Positions 38,557 to 47,636 of a DNA stretch of 64,000 nucleotides are shown piece by piece. The DNA comes from a virus. The position numbers and the translations under genes are program-made. Numbering within the stretch: the stretch's first letter is position 1; each line of letters begins with the position of its first letter. Under the pieces are notes generated by a model that had not been told where the DNA came from, ran no database searches, and saw only the letters and a program-made list of their open reading frames with translations. Location of the stretch: IMG/VR virus record IMGVR_UViG_3300012988_000001, positions 246,414 through 310,413 of that record; one strand, given 5' to 3'.

Positions 38557-39161
38557 ATTTATTATCTGATAAGATTGCAATGACTTATGGTAGTTTAAAT
38601 GATGAACCACGTTTTGATGCAGGATGGAATAGATACACTACAGTAAATGATTTTGCTTTCATTGACGACGACCAAGTTTTGTGTATTAATATCGCACCTA
38701 ATCTTTACATTAATTATAAAGATATTGTGTTCATTGATCCCGAAACTGGGGAAGATCTTGAAGTACTACCATATATGGATATGTCTGAAGAGGAATTCTT
38801 TCAGTACACAACTGTATATGATTTTGGTGCATGTGACTTTGATGATATTACATTCACCAAGAAACATATTTGTGCACTACAGGGCTTAACTGGTAATTTT
38901 CAGAAAAAAGTTAACGAACACATGAATAGATGGCAATCTGAATTACAAGCCACTCTATCACGAGAAATTAGTCATGAAATTGACAAAGAACTAATGCAAA
39001 ATCTATCCAATCTAAGTTGGAGTGCTAAAGAAGTTGCACTACCAATTCCACCAACACCAACCAAGATAGCTTCCATGCCACTGCTAGCAGATGCATTGAA
39101 GATTCAAATGATTGGTGATAGTTGTGTATCATTTAAAGCTATGAATCAGGGGAATCCATGA
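38538..39161 (+). CDS. FQ-motif family protein (motif internal)
   Basis: ...DMSEEEFFQYTTVYDFGACDFDDITF. Confidence 0.45.
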   Translation: MGDVFLNLLSDKIAMTYGSLNDEPRFDAGWNRYTTVNDFAFIDDDQVLCINIAPNLYINYKDIVFIDPETGEDLEVLPYMDMSEEEFFQYTTVYDFGACDFDDITFTKKHICALQGLTGNFQKKVNEHMNRWQSELQATLSREISHEIDKELMQNLSNLSWSAKEVALPIPPTPTKIASMPLLADALKIQMIGDSCVSFKAMNQGNP

Positions 39162-39592
39162 GTAACAAATATGATTTGAAAATGCTTAAACGTGGTATGA
39201 TGGAGTTTAAAAACATCATTGGTGCGTACCAGTACTTAATGGATGTTGGGGCTATCTCTGAAGTTGATTTGTACAACGAATACTGCACTAAAGATGATGC
39301 AGGTAATCCACAAGATTTCTCCGCTACTATCGGTTCTGAACACATTGAGATAACCTTTATGGATAGTATGCTATCCGTAATGCATAATCGCCTTGTGTAT
39401 GAAATTGCTAACGATGATGGGTACTTGTTAGTACTGGATATTAAAAACCCAAATGAAATAAACAACGATGAATCTTTCTTCCAAGCAAGTACGTTATATG
39501 ACCTAACAGATATAGAAGGTTATGAGTGGTTTACCACAATTATGGATTGTTTTGCTTCGGTAATGGATTTCATGGAGAGTGATGATGTATAG
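39158..39592 (+). CDS. FQ-motif family protein
   Basis: ...INNDESFFQASTLYDLTDIEGYEWFTTIMDCF. Confidence 0.5.
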   Translation: MSNKYDLKMLKRGMMEFKNIIGAYQYLMDVGAISEVDLYNEYCTKDDAGNPQDFSATIGSEHIEITFMDSMLSVMHNRLVYEIANDDGYLLVLDIKNPNEINNDESFFQASTLYDLTDIEGYEWFTTIMDCFASVMDFMESDDV

Positions 39593-39977
39593 AATTGAAA
39601 TTGAATATAGTACTGGTAACACCTTCGGTACTCATATTGAAACAACTGTTATTGATGATGTAGTATTCGCAGATCTAGAGAGTGCTAAACAAGCTCTAAA
39701 GATTATTGCTAAACACAAAGAAATGTGTGAAGCAGCAAACGTCGTTTGGCGTACAACTGACGCTGAACGTAAAGCAAAACTAGCTGAAATTGCTGCACAA
39801 CCGTGGGCGGTAAAATCCGAATTCAGCAGTGATTATGAGTACCAAGTAAAAGTCCCTACCTCTAAGGATTGTCAAGAGTGGGAGAACATTTACTGCTTCT
39901 GGATGGGGTACTTTGAAACCCTACACGAAGCCCGTATCGTGTCCGACGAAGATGATGGAATGTCGATCTCTTTCTGA
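39579..39977 (+). CDS. hypothetical protein
   Basis: ORF. Confidence 0.45.
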   Translation: MMMYRIEIEYSTGNTFGTHIETTVIDDVVFADLESAKQALKIIAKHKEMCEAANVVWRTTDAERKAKLAEIAAQPWAVKSEFSSDYEYQVKVPTSKDCQEWENIYCFWMGYFETLHEARIVSDEDDGMSISF

Positions 39978-40006
39978 TTGACAGGTACAATTTGATTTAG
40001 TATAAT
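39978..40006 (+). promoter_or_regulatory. class A promoter (TTGACA-17-TATAAT)
   Basis: Read directly. Confidence 0.65.
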
Positions 40007-40033
40007 GGCCTCCTTAATTGGGGGCTTTTTCAT

Positions 40034-40486
40034 TTGGAGGAAATCATGGGAAACACAGTCCTGACTTTGTTGCGTAAAATTAAACATCCTGTTATCCAAC
40101 GTCGCGTCCATTCGGAGAACGAGAGTCGTTATTATAATCATTGGACAAGTAGTGCTGGTGGTTTTGCAGTACTCCGCACAAACACGCACTATGAAATTGC
40201 TCTTGAGTTTAAACACAACCAAGAGAACTATCGTATTAAGTTATACCGTGATTCATTTTCTATGGTGCGTAAGCGTGTTGCAAAATTCTACGCCCACACT
40301 GGTTATCACATGCAGAAACCAGAAATAGTTGCAGAACTCGAAAACATAGCGTATAATGATTTTGAAGCAACAATATTCCAACACTCACTACTTGGTGAAC
40401 TGGGAATGTTCGGAACACAAGAGGCAGAAATGCTATTACAACTACGTAACATCTATTTTGGAGAATGCGATGAATCCACGTCCTAA
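40034..40486 (+). CDS. FQ-motif family-like protein
   Basis: ...DFEATIFQHSLLGELGMFGTQEAEMLLQLRNIYF. Confidence 0.45.
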   Translation: MEEIMGNTVLTLLRKIKHPVIQRRVHSENESRYYNHWTSSAGGFAVLRTNTHYEIALEFKHNQENYRIKLYRDSFSMVRKRVAKFYAHTGYHMQKPEIVAELENIAYNDFEATIFQHSLLGELGMFGTQEAEMLLQLRNIYFGECDESTS

Positions 40487-40585
40487 TAGTGGTACTAAAA
40501 TGAGTCCTGAGCAGAAAGCACGTTTGCTGGCTATGATCAACAAAGACAGTAACGTATTATTCGTAGATTTTAAGAAGGGAAAATA

Positions 40586-40951
40586 ATGAAACAGTTTGCA
40601 ATCTTCCATAAACCGAACATGACACCAATCTCATTCTTCTGTACTAAAGAAGCTGGTATGGAACGTTTATTGTTCATTACAGATTGTAACGTATTCGGCC
40701 TATTTGAAGTTGATGTAACTATTATTGGTAATATTGATGCTATGTACGATGCTTCTCAGCATACGATGGCAACGGTCTGTACTATCAATAATTGTGTACT
40801 GTCAGTACACCCAACTCGAAAAACTGCGTTCCAACATACGCAAGCTATTTGCCAAGGTCTGATTAGTGTATGTGCAATCGAATACACTACGGGTAAAGAA
40901 ATCAAACGTCCTAAGAAGGAGACAGAAGATGATCTTAACGATTTTTCTTAG
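40586..40951 (+). CDS. hypothetical protein
   Basis: ORF. Confidence 0.4.
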   Translation: MKQFAIFHKPNMTPISFFCTKEAGMERLLFITDCNVFGLFEVDVTIIGNIDAMYDASQHTMATVCTINNCVLSVHPTRKTAFQHTQAICQGLISVCAIEYTTGKEIKRPKKETEDDLNDFS

Positions 40952-41153
40952 TGGTATGGTTGTAAGTATTCTTCTGGATTGGTTCTATCTACATTGTGTT
41001 AAGAGTGGTGTAGAGATTGAATCTTATCCTAAGCAGTACTTGAAGTACACCAAGTATCAGCTATTCCGTTCATGGGTTTTATGGGCGACGATGTGGCCTG
41101 TAGTACTGTCTATGGTTATTGCCACGAACGTGGCTAAGTGGGTGAAATCATGA
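40929..41153 (+). CDS. small 2-TM membrane protein (holin-like topology, function unknown)
   Basis: MILTIFLSGMVVSILLDWFYL...VLWATMWPVVLSMVIA. Confidence 0.4.
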   Translation: MILTIFLSGMVVSILLDWFYLHCVKSGVEIESYPKQYLKYTKYQLFRSWVLWATMWPVVLSMVIATNVAKWVKS

Positions 41154-41350
41154 AAGCCGTATCTGTAATAAATTCACCGGGTGGTATATCTCGCTGTGAT
41201 GAAGAAACTCGCATTGTTGGATTTCGTGTAGAAGTATCTGAAATACAAAATACTAAAGGTGAACATCAGGTGACCAATCCTGATATCATTGAAGATATTG
41301 CTATTCAGTACTTGAAGGACAAAGGCTATACTGTAGAAAAGATTGATTAA
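41150..41350 (+). CDS. hypothetical protein
   Basis: ATGA overlap. Confidence 0.35.
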   Translation: MKAVSVINSPGGISRCDEETRIVGFRVEVSEIQNTKGEHQVTNPDIIEDIAIQYLKDKGYTVEKID

Positions 41351-41355
41351 AAGTA

Positions 41356-41384
41356 TTGACATGGGGAGGAAACTCCCCTATAAT
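41356..41384 (+). promoter_or_regulatory. class A promoter with GGGGAG/CTCCCC palindrome in the spacer
   Basis: ttgacatggggaggaaactcccctataat. Confidence 0.65.
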
Positions 41385-41413
41385 ACACACATCAACAAAG
41401 AAGAGGAAAATGA

Positions 41414-41603
41414 AATGTCTGAAGTCGCTCCTACTCATCTGTATGTTATTAAGTTTAAAAAGAATGGTATTCCAAAGGAATATCAAATCCCAGCAACTAC
41501 GGAATTCAATGCGATAGTACGTTTAGGTCAAATCCACGGTGATGACCGTAACTACCGTGAAGATCTGAAAATTGAAATCATCTCCATTACAAAGGTGCGT
41601 TAA
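41414..41603 (+). CDS. hypothetical protein
   Basis: RBS aggaaaatgaaatg. Confidence 0.45.
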
Positions 41604-41935
41604 TGAATCCACACAATCTGGTTTATACTGATCCAGCACTGCGTACTGCTATTAGCATGGCAACTACTCCAAGTATTGTCGAACCAAAACCACATCATCA
41701 TGCACGTTTCACTAATGATGAAGTCATTACAATGAAACTGTATTACCACTGGGATCATAAAACTTACCGTGAACTTGCTGAAATGTTTGACACGGATTAC
41801 AATATGGTATATAATATCATCAACAAGAAAAAGTACAAAAACGTTCCTCTGAACTTCATGACGAAGATTCCAGAAGATTTCCATATCCAGACGAATAACA
41901 AGTATCGTTCATTCAAAGTAAAGGGGCACAAATAA
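41603..41935 (+). CDS. hypothetical protein
   Basis: ORF. Confidence 0.45.
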   Translation: MNPHNLVYTDPALRTAISMATTPSIVEPKPHHHARFTNDEVITMKLYYHWDHKTYRELAEMFDTDYNMVYNIINKKKYKNVPLNFMTKIPEDFHIQTNNKYRSFKVKGHK

Positions 41936-41936
41936 T

Positions 41937-42083
41937 GAAAAAGATCAATAACGCATTTTTGACTAAAGAAGAAATCGAAGAAATCCTAAACGCACTGAAT
42001 CTTGCTATCAGTGAATCTATGGAAATCGATGAGGTTACTAACCTCGAATTGCAGGGTAAATTATCAGCCCTTCTCGAAGAATA
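41937..42083 (+). CDS. small hypothetical protein (48 aa)
   Basis: ATAATGA overlap. Under 60 aa, so not in the ORF track. Confidence 0.3.
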
Positions 42084-42087
42084 AGTG

Positions 42088-42116
42088 TTGACAGGGGATG
42101 AACAATCCCCTATAAT
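42088..42116 (+). promoter_or_regulatory. class A promoter with GGGGAT/ATCCCC palindrome in the spacer
   Basis: ttgacaggggatgaacaatcccctataat. Confidence 0.65.
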
Positions 42117-42155
42117 AGTCTCATCAACTGATGATTAACTGATTAAGGAAACACA

Positions 42156-42587
42156 ATGAAAACTACTATTCAAATGCGTCGTGCGAAACATATGATCGCT
42201 ATCTGGCTGAAGCCGGGTGATGAGGAATCCCTTGCTGATGCTCTGGATACCGCTCGTCGTTGCTGGAACCGTTCTTCACAGCGTACTCTGCGTGTATGGG
42301 CTAAGACCCTGTTCCGCAATCCAGAACGTTATGAGTTCACTGGTATGGCTCACAAAGAATTAGTTCTGGAAGACCATTTCAATGACGAAGAACTCATGCA
42401 AGTTGATGAAGCAATTCGCAGCCGTACTTTAGTAGTGGATTATGATTATGTAGTCCGTAGCATTATCCAGCACAAGTGGGTATACCGTTTGAGTACTGAA
42501 GAAGCTATCGATTGCGGCATTAAAGCATTCTATGGCGAAGGTCTGAAACATCGTCCAGCTAAACCGGTACTGAAGCCATGCAAATAG
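42156..42587 (+). CDS. hypothetical protein
   Basis: RBS aaggaaacacaatg. Confidence 0.5.
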   Translation: MKTTIQMRRAKHMIAIWLKPGDEESLADALDTARRCWNRSSQRTLRVWAKTLFRNPERYEFTGMAHKELVLEDHFNDEELMQVDEAIRSRTLVVDYDYVVRSIIQHKWVYRLSTEEAIDCGIKAFYGEGLKHRPAKPVLKPCK

Positions 42588-42826
42588 AACGCACAGCAGA
42601 CGGTCCTGATAATGACCGTTTCACTCTAGTGAAAATAAAATTATCTCACGCTGATGAGGGAGATGTCCTTGACAGGCGGGGTATGTGTGCTACAATGTAC
42701 CCACAGTATGAGGAACGCATTAACCTCAAATTGAATTCGGCAGGATTGGGCTTCACTCTTGATTTAGAAGAAGCTGAAAAACTCGCAAATCTACTAACAC
42801 TCGCACTAAGCGAATTTAAGGAGTAA
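42578..42826 (+). CDS. hypothetical protein (contains an internal promoter)
   Basis: ORF. Confidence 0.4.
   Translation: MQIERTADGPDNDRFTLVKIKLSHADEGDVLDRRGMCATMYPQYEERINLKLNSAGLGFTLDLEEAEKLANLLTLALSEFKE
42669..42696 (+). promoter_or_regulatory. intragenic class A promoter (TTGACA-16-TACAAT) with GGGTA/TACCC repeat around the -10
   Basis: Read directly. Confidence 0.5.
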
Positions 42827-42983
42827 ACTATGTTCAAACGTCTATACACCTCTTTCGTAACTCCGTTCAGTGAAGCTCTGAAAGCATGGGAATCCCGTAC
42901 TGAACAGTCCATCAAAGCTGGTGGTACTACTCCAGTGTATGATCGTTATGACCCTTCACGTGGTCTTCATGCGGAGCCTAAAC

Positions 42984-43175
42984 ATGACTAAAGCTGAACT
43001 TATTGCACAATTGGAAGGTTATCCAGATGATGCAGTAATGGAAGTTGTTCAATATGGCGAACACTATGACATTACGTGTGTAGTACCATATGATGATCAT
43101 GGTGTCCCAATTCTTGAATTGGGTATCTATAAACCAAAAACCGTACCGGAATCGGTGAAGAGGTCAAATGGCTAA
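42984..43175 (+). CDS. ELI-family small protein
   Basis: MTKAELIAQLEGYPDDAVMEVVQ. RBS ggagcctaaacatg. Confidence 0.4.
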   Translation: MTKAELIAQLEGYPDDAVMEVVQYGEHYDITCVVPYDDHGVPILELGIYKPKTVPESVKRSNG

Positions 43176-43365
43176 GGCTAAAGTAATTTTTACTAAAGAC
43201 GATGTTCTAGGACAAGAGAGTACGGTTATGGTTAATCTAAGGAATCATACAGCACGTAAAAACTCTACCCTAGAAGAGATCGCCAAATGCTTTAAAACGA
43301 AGCTCCCGCGTGGTAAAACGTACTGGAAGCTACACATGACTCAACTTTCGCATGGAGATTGGTAA
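43168..43365 (+). CDS. hypothetical protein
   Basis: ORF. Confidence 0.35.
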   Translation: MAKAKVIFTKDDVLGQESTVMVNLRNHTARKNSTLEEIAKCFKTKLPRGKTYWKLHMTQLSHGDW

Positions 43366-43511
43366 TGTCTATCAAAATCGATCCAGAAACACAGAAAGCA
43401 GTAGACCCTGAAAGTATCGGTAAAGACATGAAAACACGTGCTATTCTTGCAGTACTCAGCGTGTGCGTCTTTGTCGCTACATGGAAAATTGGGGCAGCAC
43501 TTTTTTCATAA
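43365..43511 (+). CDS. small membrane protein (48 aa)
   Basis: TAATG overlap. C-terminal TM segment. Confidence 0.3.
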   Translation: MSIKIDPETQKAVDPESIGKDMKTRAILAVLSVCVFVATWKIGAALFS

Positions 43512-43516
43512 AAGAT

Positions 43517-43545
43517 TTGACTCCCATACAAATTAATAGTATTAT
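43517..43545 (+). promoter_or_regulatory. class A-like promoter (TTGACT-17-TATTAT)
   Basis: Read directly. Confidence 0.5.
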
Positions 43546-43584
43546 ACTCTCATCAACTGGTGAGAGTTTTTAAGAGGAACTAAA

Positions 43585-43767
43585 ATGAAAATTTATACCT
43601 TAGATCACGGTGTATATGGTTCAGCGGTAGTAGTTGCTAACAGCAAAGCTGAAGCGTACATTAAAATCAAAGCTGAACACCCACGTACTACCGAGTTTGA
43701 CATTGATCGTGTTCGTGAACACGAAATCAACGAAAACTTTTCATTTTCTAACTGGGGAGATATGTAA
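43585..43767 (+). CDS. hypothetical protein
   Basis: RBS aagaggaactaaaatg. Confidence 0.4.
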   Translation: MKIYTLDHGVYGSAVVVANSKAEAYIKIKAEHPRTTEFDIDRVREHEINENFSFSNWGDM

Positions 43768-44018
43768 TGTACAAATATCGTTATGAAAAAGATGGTCGTG
43801 TAACTGACTGCTACCCGGTTGACGAAGATGATACAATGTGGGTACAAAGTGGTAAAACCATCAAAGACCTTATGGAACTGGCTAAAGAGAAATGGCCTGA
43901 TGTTGAGTTCGAAGATATCTCAATCGAAGCCGTTCATCACCACCAGTACAGCATCTATTACGATTTGCATGATAGCTCAGATTATGTGGACTATCTTGTG
44001 CTCTCGGTGGAGGTATAA
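43767..44018 (+). CDS. hypothetical protein
   Basis: ORF. Confidence 0.4.
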   Translation: MYKYRYEKDGRVTDCYPVDEDDTMWVQSGKTIKDLMELAKEKWPDVEFEDISIEAVHHHQYSIYYDLHDSSDYVDYLVLSVEV

Positions 44019-44019
44019 G

Positions 44020-44205
44020 ATGATCAAACGTTATGAACCTAAACAGTGGGAAAGTGCTACTGGTGAGCCATTCGTAAAAATGGTAGAAGATGTTCATGGT
44101 TCCTTCGTAAGCATTCATGATCATCAAATGGAAGTGACCCGTCTTCAAGAACGGATTGCGGAACTTCAAACCGACCGTGACGGTCGTTGGTATGGGGATG
44201 TATAA
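44020..44205 (+). CDS. hypothetical protein
   Basis: RBS ggaggtataagatg. Confidence 0.35.
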   Translation: MIKRYEPKQWESATGEPFVKMVEDVHGSFVSIHDHQMEVTRLQERIAELQTDRDGRWYGDV

Positions 44206-44423
44206 TGTCTAAACTTGCTAAACATTTTCCAATTGTAACTTTATCTGGGTACTCAGCATCATGTTTTTCTGATCTGTTTCAAACAGCGAAAGAATTCCTT
44301 GCAATCCACCCTGATTGTGTAGTACAATTTGAATTCAACGGGCAGCTTATTGGCGTCAATGATTATACCCACGATGACGCATGGGCTAAGTACATCAAAA
44401 GCGAATTTCCAAAGGTGCAATAA
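44205..44423 (+). CDS. hypothetical protein
   Basis: ORF. Confidence 0.4.
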   Translation: MSKLAKHFPIVTLSGYSASCFSDLFQTAKEFLAIHPDCVVQFEFNGQLIGVNDYTHDDAWAKYIKSEFPKVQ

Positions 44424-44588
44424 ATGCCAGTAATCTATTTCAATGTTCAGTACAGTGTTGATGGTGAAATGCGTGAAGAACGTATCTCTGGCTTAAATAA
44501 ATACCAAGTAGCTGCTGAACTAGGTTCGAAGTACTTCAAAGGTCACGAACTGTATATTTTCAATATTCAGCTAGCATAAATATATTAT

Positions 44589-44666
44589 GTCTTCATAGCT
44601 CAACAGGATAGTAGCAACGACCTTCTAAGTCGTAGGTTGTAGGTTCGAATCCTACTGGAGACACCA
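44589..44666 (+). tRNA. tRNA-Arg (anticodon TCT)
   Basis: Acceptor GTCTTCA/TGGAGAC, anticodon stem-loop cgacc-ttctaag-gtcgt, T-arm gtaggttcgaatcctac, CCA. Confidence 0.75.
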
Positions 44667-44814
44667 CATTGTTCCGAAAAACTTGAGTACTAAGATTCGT
44701 TTATCTTGTCTTCGTATAAGATGTGTATTTTCAGGAAACGTTCGAGTATAATGATTCTAATATTGTCATTATATGAGTACTAACCACAATGAAGTACTAG
44801 GAACACCATATTAA

Positions 44815-44906
44815 TTGCCGGTAGGCTAGAGTCCGATGCCACCCACCTCATAAGTGGATACAGTTAACCAGACACACCGAGGGTTAGAATCCCTCCCGGC
44901 GAACCA
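44815..44906 (+). tRNA. tRNA with extended variable region. Anticodon loop CUCAUAA (CAT: Met or Ile2?)
   Basis: Acceptor TTGCCGG/CCGGCGA, T-arm gagggttagaatccctc, CCA. The long variable region pairs poorly, so the isotype is uncertain. Confidence 0.45.
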
Positions 44907-44910
44907 TATA

Positions 44911-44941
44911 AATGCCAGTACTTAAGTACTGGCATTTTTTA
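44911..44941 (+). terminator. rho-independent terminator after the tRNA pair. Its hairpin also overlaps the 3' end of the minus-strand HNH gene
   Basis: aatgccagtac-ttaa-gtactggcatt plus ttttt. Confidence 0.65.
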
Positions 44942-45764
44942 TAGAATCATAGGAATCTACCATAGAAACCAATTCATCATATGTAATACTTGATTGTGTA
45001 CCTTTTGATTGATTCTCAGAATGTAACATGAGTTCACAATTTAACGGGTGCTTTATATAATAGGGATCATAATTGAATTTTATAGCATCTCTAATTGAAA
45101 CTTTGTGATCTCGTGAAACACCATTTATATTAATATCATTTCCCTTAGTTTTTCTCCACCCATGCTTGTTGAGAAATTCAATATCAAACAAATCGGGGTA
45201 ATGATAAACATTAAAAGTGAATATAAATTTAGCTCTCCCATTTTCGGTGTAACAGTGTTTACAATTATTACAGTATCCAGTTTGCTTTCTGTATGAACCA
45301 ACAAAAGAACAATTCTTACATTTACATATAAAGATCTTTTCAAACTCACCAACTTCATCTTTTATTTTTTTAGGATTAGTAGTAGATTTATTATATAATC
45401 TTTTCGTGGGTGATTTCTTTTTATTTCTTGGTATTTTTGAAACAGATATCGAAATTTTTTGTTTAGTTTCCTCGGTCATTTCCCTGTTGAAATTACTACA
45501 ACTTTTACTACAATATTTTTGTGTTGGGAAGTTATAGGTAAAATCTTCCCCACAGTACTCACACTTTTTAAGTTTATTAATTTTTAATTTTTTACCTTGA
45601 CATTTATTAGAACAAAAAGCAGTAGTGCTTCCATTTTTAATACACCTGCGAATTTCTTTCACTTCTCGTGAAATTTCGACTTGACAGCCATCACATTCTA
45701 GTGTTATTCTAGAACGACTTTTTAATGACGAAATATCGTTTAATGTTATATTTGTTAATTTCAT
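44922..45764 (-). CDS. HNH-type homing endonuclease (Cys-rich Zn fingers), the only convincing minus-strand gene
   Basis: 280 aa with multiple CxxC pairs. C-terminus ...GVSRDHKVSIRDAIKFNYDP...NCELMLHSENQSKG (His-Me finger-like). RBS on the minus strand. Confidence 0.6.
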   Translation of the reverse strand: MKLTNITLNDISSLKSRSRITLECDGCQVEISREVKEIRRCIKNGSTTAFCSNKCQGKKLKINKLKKCEYCGEDFTYNFPTQKYCSKSCSNFNREMTEETKQKISISVSKIPRNKKKSPTKRLYNKSTTNPKKIKDEVGEFEKIFICKCKNCSFVGSYRKQTGYCNNCKHCYTENGRAKFIFTFNVYHYPDLFDIEFLNKHGWRKTKGNDININGVSRDHKVSIRDAIKFNYDPYYIKHPLNCELMLHSENQSKGTQSSITYDELVSMVDSYDSIKNAST

Positions 45765-45830
45765 AATTTATCCTCTGCTAAATCTTTATTTAGGTTCAAA
45801 CCGCATGGGGTACACCAAAACGGAGAAAAA

Positions 45831-46232
45831 ATGAGAAAAAATGATCTAATCAAAATGTTACAAGAGATTGAGGGAAATCCACAGATTGTGATATGGAATG
45901 GTTATGTTGATGACTACATGGACATTGACAAAGGTACTGAGAAGATTACTCTTGTTAAAGAAACTGAAGAATTTCTCTTCAATGCTTTAAAAGGCCAATG
46001 GTGTCAGATGAATAATACTTGGGATATTCCAGAAGAGGAACTTACTAAGCTCGCTGCACATGCCAAAGAGTTACATAAAAACAAAGAATATGATTTTGCT
46101 AACCCATACGTGACTCCAGAAGAATTCGAGAGTTGGTATGGCAAAAGATCCTTGACAAAGTACGTTCTATCCCCTAAACTACGTGGTAAAACATCATTAG
46201 GCATATATCACAACGCAGATATCAATTACTAG
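45831..46232 (+). CDS. ELI-family protein
   Basis: MRKNDLIKMLQEIEGNPQIVIWN. Confidence 0.45.
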   Translation: MRKNDLIKMLQEIEGNPQIVIWNGYVDDYMDIDKGTEKITLVKETEEFLFNALKGQWCQMNNTWDIPEEELTKLAAHAKELHKNKEYDFANPYVTPEEFESWYGKRSLTKYVLSPKLRGKTSLGIYHNADINY

Positions 46233-46239
46233 GAGATTT

Positions 46240-46875
46240 ATGAACCGTCATAGCTTTACATCCTTTAACATCAAACGTATCGTTGGTGAAGTGTCCCAAA
46301 TCCTCGGCTGTCAAGAAGAATTTATTACTTCATCTTTTGACTTCCGTAAGAGTACTGACACTCGTGTTGTAACGCCTGAAGGTACAGTGTGTACTCGTGT
46401 TCGCTACTTCGAGCACTATCAGCAAGACCATGCTACTATTACTCAGCAGCGTACAGAACTTCCTATGTCTGAAGTACTGAAAGAGTGGATGCAAAATGTC
46501 AAGAAGTATCCACCATCCGAAATCTTCTTCCAGCAAACGGGACCGAAGTCAGAGAAAGCTGAGAAACGCTGTAAACTCATCTGTGAGGACTTATATCTCT
46601 TCTCCTTCCCAGAGGGTCAAGAGAATCTTCTAAACGAGCTAGGAGCCGCGTATCGCGAATTTGAGGTACTTACAACTCTGGGCTATGATGACTTGAAAGA
46701 TGGGCGTCTTTTAGAAGTGTCTACTAAACTTCAGTACTACATGCGTGAAGTATGTAATGCTTTGGAAGCAATGCACAAGAAAGACCAACTTCTAAACGAT
46801 TATTACAAGTCTTGGAAAGTTAAGTATCAAGACTTGAGCCGTGAAGTATCTAAACTAACAATGGAGTTTATCTAA
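46240..46875 (+). CDS. hypothetical protein
   Basis: ORF. Confidence 0.45.
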   Translation: MNRHSFTSFNIKRIVGEVSQILGCQEEFITSSFDFRKSTDTRVVTPEGTVCTRVRYFEHYQQDHATITQQRTELPMSEVLKEWMQNVKKYPPSEIFFQQTGPKSEKAEKRCKLICEDLYLFSFPEGQENLLNELGAAYREFEVLTTLGYDDLKDGRLLEVSTKLQYYMREVCNALEAMHKKDQLLNDYYKSWKVKYQDLSREVSKLTMEFI

Positions 46876-47426
46876 TGTCAAATCTATTTCGTCCGGGAGC
46901 AGTAATCCCTAAAGGTTATACAATTGCAATCACTTCATGGGAAAATGATGGTGATGATTACGATACTATCTATATTAAAGGACTACCAACCACTGATATT
47001 GTGAACGAAGTACTTCATGTACTCAAGTGGTTTGGTCATTGTTCTGATGACATGGGTAATGAAGATATTCAACATGAAGAGATCCTTGATCGCTTGTGGA
47101 ATGGTATCGAAGATGGTATTATTACCAAAGATTTTTTCGACCGCTTTATGGGTGATATTGAATTCCCAGTAATCGGTGATGATGAAGCTCACGATGATTG
47201 GCTTGATCGTGTAGCACAAAATGGTGGCTATGAAGACGTGGAAGATATGGTTCGTGGATTCTTGAGCTATCCAATGCAGTACGAATCTAACTTTGCTCGT
47301 ATGCTAGAGAGTGTTGTAATCCACCACTTCGAACAAGAGTTCAAAGTACCGGCGATGCCACCAGCACTAACCAAGTTCGATGCTAGTTGGTCTGAACGTG
47401 GTAGTAATACCGTATGGAAAATCTAA
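46875..47426 (+). CDS. hypothetical acidic protein
   Basis: ORF. Confidence 0.45.
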   Translation: MSNLFRPGAVIPKGYTIAITSWENDGDDYDTIYIKGLPTTDIVNEVLHVLKWFGHCSDDMGNEDIQHEEILDRLWNGIEDGIITKDFFDRFMGDIEFPVIGDDEAHDDWLDRVAQNGGYEDVEDMVRGFLSYPMQYESNFARMLESVVIHHFEQEFKVPAMPPALTKFDASWSERGSNTVWKI

Positions 47427-47623
47427 CACGTGATGATGTAGAAGAAATCCCGCTTGGATTCTATCTAATCTTTTGGGAAGGTGGTGGAATGAGTAAAGCT
47501 ATGATTTCTGTAAACAGAAGGGGTGTTCGTATTATAAATTGTTTAAATTGGCCCGCTAATTCTTACAATGCCCCATTAGTTGATTACGTTGACGATATTG
47601 AAAAAATGATTTTCATCATGTAA
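47414..47623 (+). CDS. hypothetical protein
   Basis: ORF. Confidence 0.35.
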   Translation: MENLTRDDVEEIPLGFYLIFWEGGGMSKAMISVNRRGVRIINCLNWPANSYNAPLVDYVDDIEKMIFIM

Positions 47624-47636
47624 TAGGAGAGTACTC

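Noticed and set aside
40005-40030. Hairpin plus T-run (cctcc-ttaatt-ggggg-ctttttc) as a terminator or attenuator right after the 39978 promoter
   Set aside because: Half of the stem overlaps the -10 and the transcription start region, so it cannot fully form in the RNA. Probably coincidental.
40929-41153. Holin / lysis cassette
   Set aside because: The two-TM small protein has holin-like topology, but no endolysin or spanin genes are nearby. Many small membrane proteins occur in this region.
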